A DNA stretch of 64,000 nucleotides from positions 11,522-75,521 of IMG/VR virus record IMGVR_UViG_3300050019_000176, one strand, 5' to 3'. Shown in pieces: positions 62,509 through 64,000 of the stretch. Source of the stretch: a virus. The position numbers were made by a program, and so were the translations under genes. Within the stretch, counting starts at the first letter, position 1, and each line of letters opens with the position of its first letter. The notes below the pieces were generated by a model. It worked only from the letters and a program-made list of their open reading frames with translations. It did not search any database and was not told the DNA's origin.

Positions 62509-63629
62509 TGTGTCAGTACCTCGTAGAACTTCTTTGCCGCCGCCGCCCAGGTGAACTGCTGCATCCGCTGGCGGTTGAGTTCGCCGGCTACGGACGGGCC
62601 GCCGTGCGCGTAGGCTAGTTCCAGTTTGTCCACCACTTCATCGATGTCCGGCTCTGGCCATGTGGCGACGTGCTGGCCACCGTCGTAGATTGGCGTTTCC
62701 GTGTACCGTTCCAGTGACAGCGTGGCGGTTGCGTCCACCACATCGGCATGGCCAGTACCCGTGGACGCCACACACGGCAGGCCACAGGCGAACGCTTCCA
62801 TTAGGACTAAATTTGTCCCACCTTCACATCGGCAGGGGAAGCATCCGACGTTGCAGTTGGCAATCAGTTCCGCCACGGCGGGACCGTGCTGGACCGGCTG
62901 CTCAACGGGGATGACACGATCTAGAGGGATGCCGTTTTCGGTGAGTGCGGTGTAGATGATCTTCTCGTAACTGCTGGCGAAGGACGAGATTTTGATGTGC
63001 TTCGACTTGGCCATCGACAGCATTGTCTGCGTCCAAGGATTGTACCAAAGCGGTAGCAGCATCACGTCGGAGTGCCGCTCCATCATGATGGCGGTGGCCC
63101 GGATGACGATATCCTGTCCCTTGCGGTACTCGAACTTTCCGCCGCTGAAGATCACAAACGAGTCTCTCCAGCGAGTGCGCCCCATGGGTTTGAACACATC
63201 CACATCGACGCCCTGTACTACGGTGGAGACATTGTTCAGGCCAGCCTCGCGCAGCACGTCCTCCAACCACGTTGAACCGGCAAAGATGTGCTCAAAATAT
63301 CGGCGACCGTTTGGAGCGAAGTCTCGGATACGGATGTTATTCTCCGCGAATATGTATCCACCGTTTTTCTCGCTACTCCACAGATTCTGGCGCACAGGAA
63401 GGAGGTTTTCCCCTTGAATAGCTTGGAGGAGTGGGGACGCTACCACCAGCGGGAAACCAGCGTCAAGGCGCCGGTAGAGTGGCGAGGTCTGCCCGAAGAT
63501 GTCAGTGGGACCGCTGGGCGGGAAGGCCACCAGCCAACCATCAGCAAGGGGAGAGATTGCGCGATTCAGCGCATCGCCGCAAATCCCCCATCCGTGATAG
63601 TTCCCCGAGGGGAGGCATGTGTTAATCAC
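62505..63629 (-). CDS. Glycosyltransferase, GT-B fold (GT4-like)
   Basis: GVD..FKP, GKFEYRKGQD, FP..EGGTNLVLMEAFACGLP, FTW. Confidence 0.9.
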   Translation of the reverse strand: MINTCLPSGNYHGWGICGDALNRAISPLADGWLVAFPPSGPTDIFGQTSPLYRRLDAGFPLVVASPLLQAIQGENLLPVRQNLWSSEKNGGYIFAENNIRIRDFAPNGRRYFEHIFAGSTWLEDVLREAGLNNVSTVVQGVDVDVFKPMGRTRWRDSFVIFSGGKFEYRKGQDIVIRATAIMMERHSDVMLLPLWYNPWTQTMLSMAKSKHIKISSFASSYEKIIYTALTENGIPLDRVIPVEQPVQHGPAVAELIANCNVGCFPCRCEGGTNLVLMEAFACGLPCVASTGTGHADVVDATATLSLERYTETPIYDGGQHVATWPEPDIDEVVDKLELAYAHGGPSVAGELNRQRMQQFTWAAAAKKFYEVLTQ

Positions 63630-64000
63630 CGTATCACCTTTGCCTGTAAGTGCTTCGGCACCTTGACCGTGCAGCCGGTGAGGTAGAGGCTCCCGCCGAC
63701 GGAGAGGCCCTGGGGCAACGCCTTGAGCCCGGTGCAGCCGGAGAGGTCGAGGCCCCAGCTGACGGAGAGGCCCTGGGGCAACTCCTTGAGCCCAGTGCAG
63801 CCGTAGAGGTCGAGGTTCCCGCCGACGGAGAGGCCCTGGGGCAACGCCTTGAGCCCGGTGCAGCCGGAGAGGGAGAGGTTCCCGCGGACGGAGAGGTCCT
63901 GGGGCAACGCCTTGAGCCCGGTGCAGCCGGTGAGGTTGAGCCACCCGCCGACGGAGAGGCCCTGGGGCAACGCCTTGAGCCCGGTGCAGCCGGTGAGGTA
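63626..64000 (-). CDS. LRR-like 22-aa repeat protein (5' end outside window)
   Basis: Repeats of LPQGLSVGGxLxLxGCTGLKA. Confidence 0.85.
   Translation of the reverse strand, partial: YLTGCTGLKALPQGLSVGGWLNLTGCTGLKALPQDLSVRGNLSLSGCTGLKALPQGLSVGGNLDLYGCTGLKELPQGLSVSWGLDLSGCTGLKALPQGLSVGGSLYLTGCTVKVPKHLQAKVIR
63670..64000 (-). repeat. 66-nt coding tandem repeat, at least 5 units
   Basis: ACGGAGAGGCCCTGGGGCAACGCCTTGAGCCCGGTGCAGCCG recurs every 66 nt. Confidence 0.95.

Noticed and set aside
63670-64000. CRISPR array
   Set aside because: The 66-nt period is an in-frame coding repeat without unique spacers, and there are no cas genes.

Overview
About 64 kb of a GC-rich tailed-phage genome with a podovirus-like layout: P22-type portal, tail-hub and ejection proteins, and no tape measure. 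The host is probably Acidobacteriota, inferred from the AQ-type signal peptides and 8/4-fold tRNAs. Bases 1-4190 (minus strand) hold two tRNA operons with 30 complete tRNA genes, plus partial, split and tRNA-like elements and two HNH endonucleases. Each operon starts with a near-identical sigma70 promoter and an unannotated leader ORF of about 30 codons, and each leader mirrors the amino acids of the tRNAs behind it. Leader B (4055-4153) is rich in Ser/Leu/Tyr/Trp/Cys, uses each of five Leu codons once, and precedes the Ser/Tyr/Leu/Trp/Cys operon. Leader A (3121-3213) has the other 16 amino acids and no S/L/W/C, and sits in a terminator/antiterminator switch ahead of the operon carrying the other tRNAs. 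This looks like a ribosome-based tRNA-depletion sensor and is the top candidate for an undescribed system. The rest of the window is mostly plus strand, in this order: small accessory genes; signal-peptide-bearing fibre and depolymerase genes; a membrane-protein cluster; terminase; portal; scaffold; a major capsid gene split by a group I intron with a LAGLIDADG nuclease; adaptors; tailspike; tail hub; ejection proteins; and a 2534-aa polyvalent protein (ParB-like, SF2 helicase, MutS-I-like, HExxH). Convergent methyltransferase, glycosyltransferase and LRR-like genes end the window. A 16-bp palindrome, TGTCTTGNNCAAGACA, often extended by TGTCCAA repeats, occurs at least 12 times, including inside coding regions. 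All calls were made by eye from motifs; no database searches were run.
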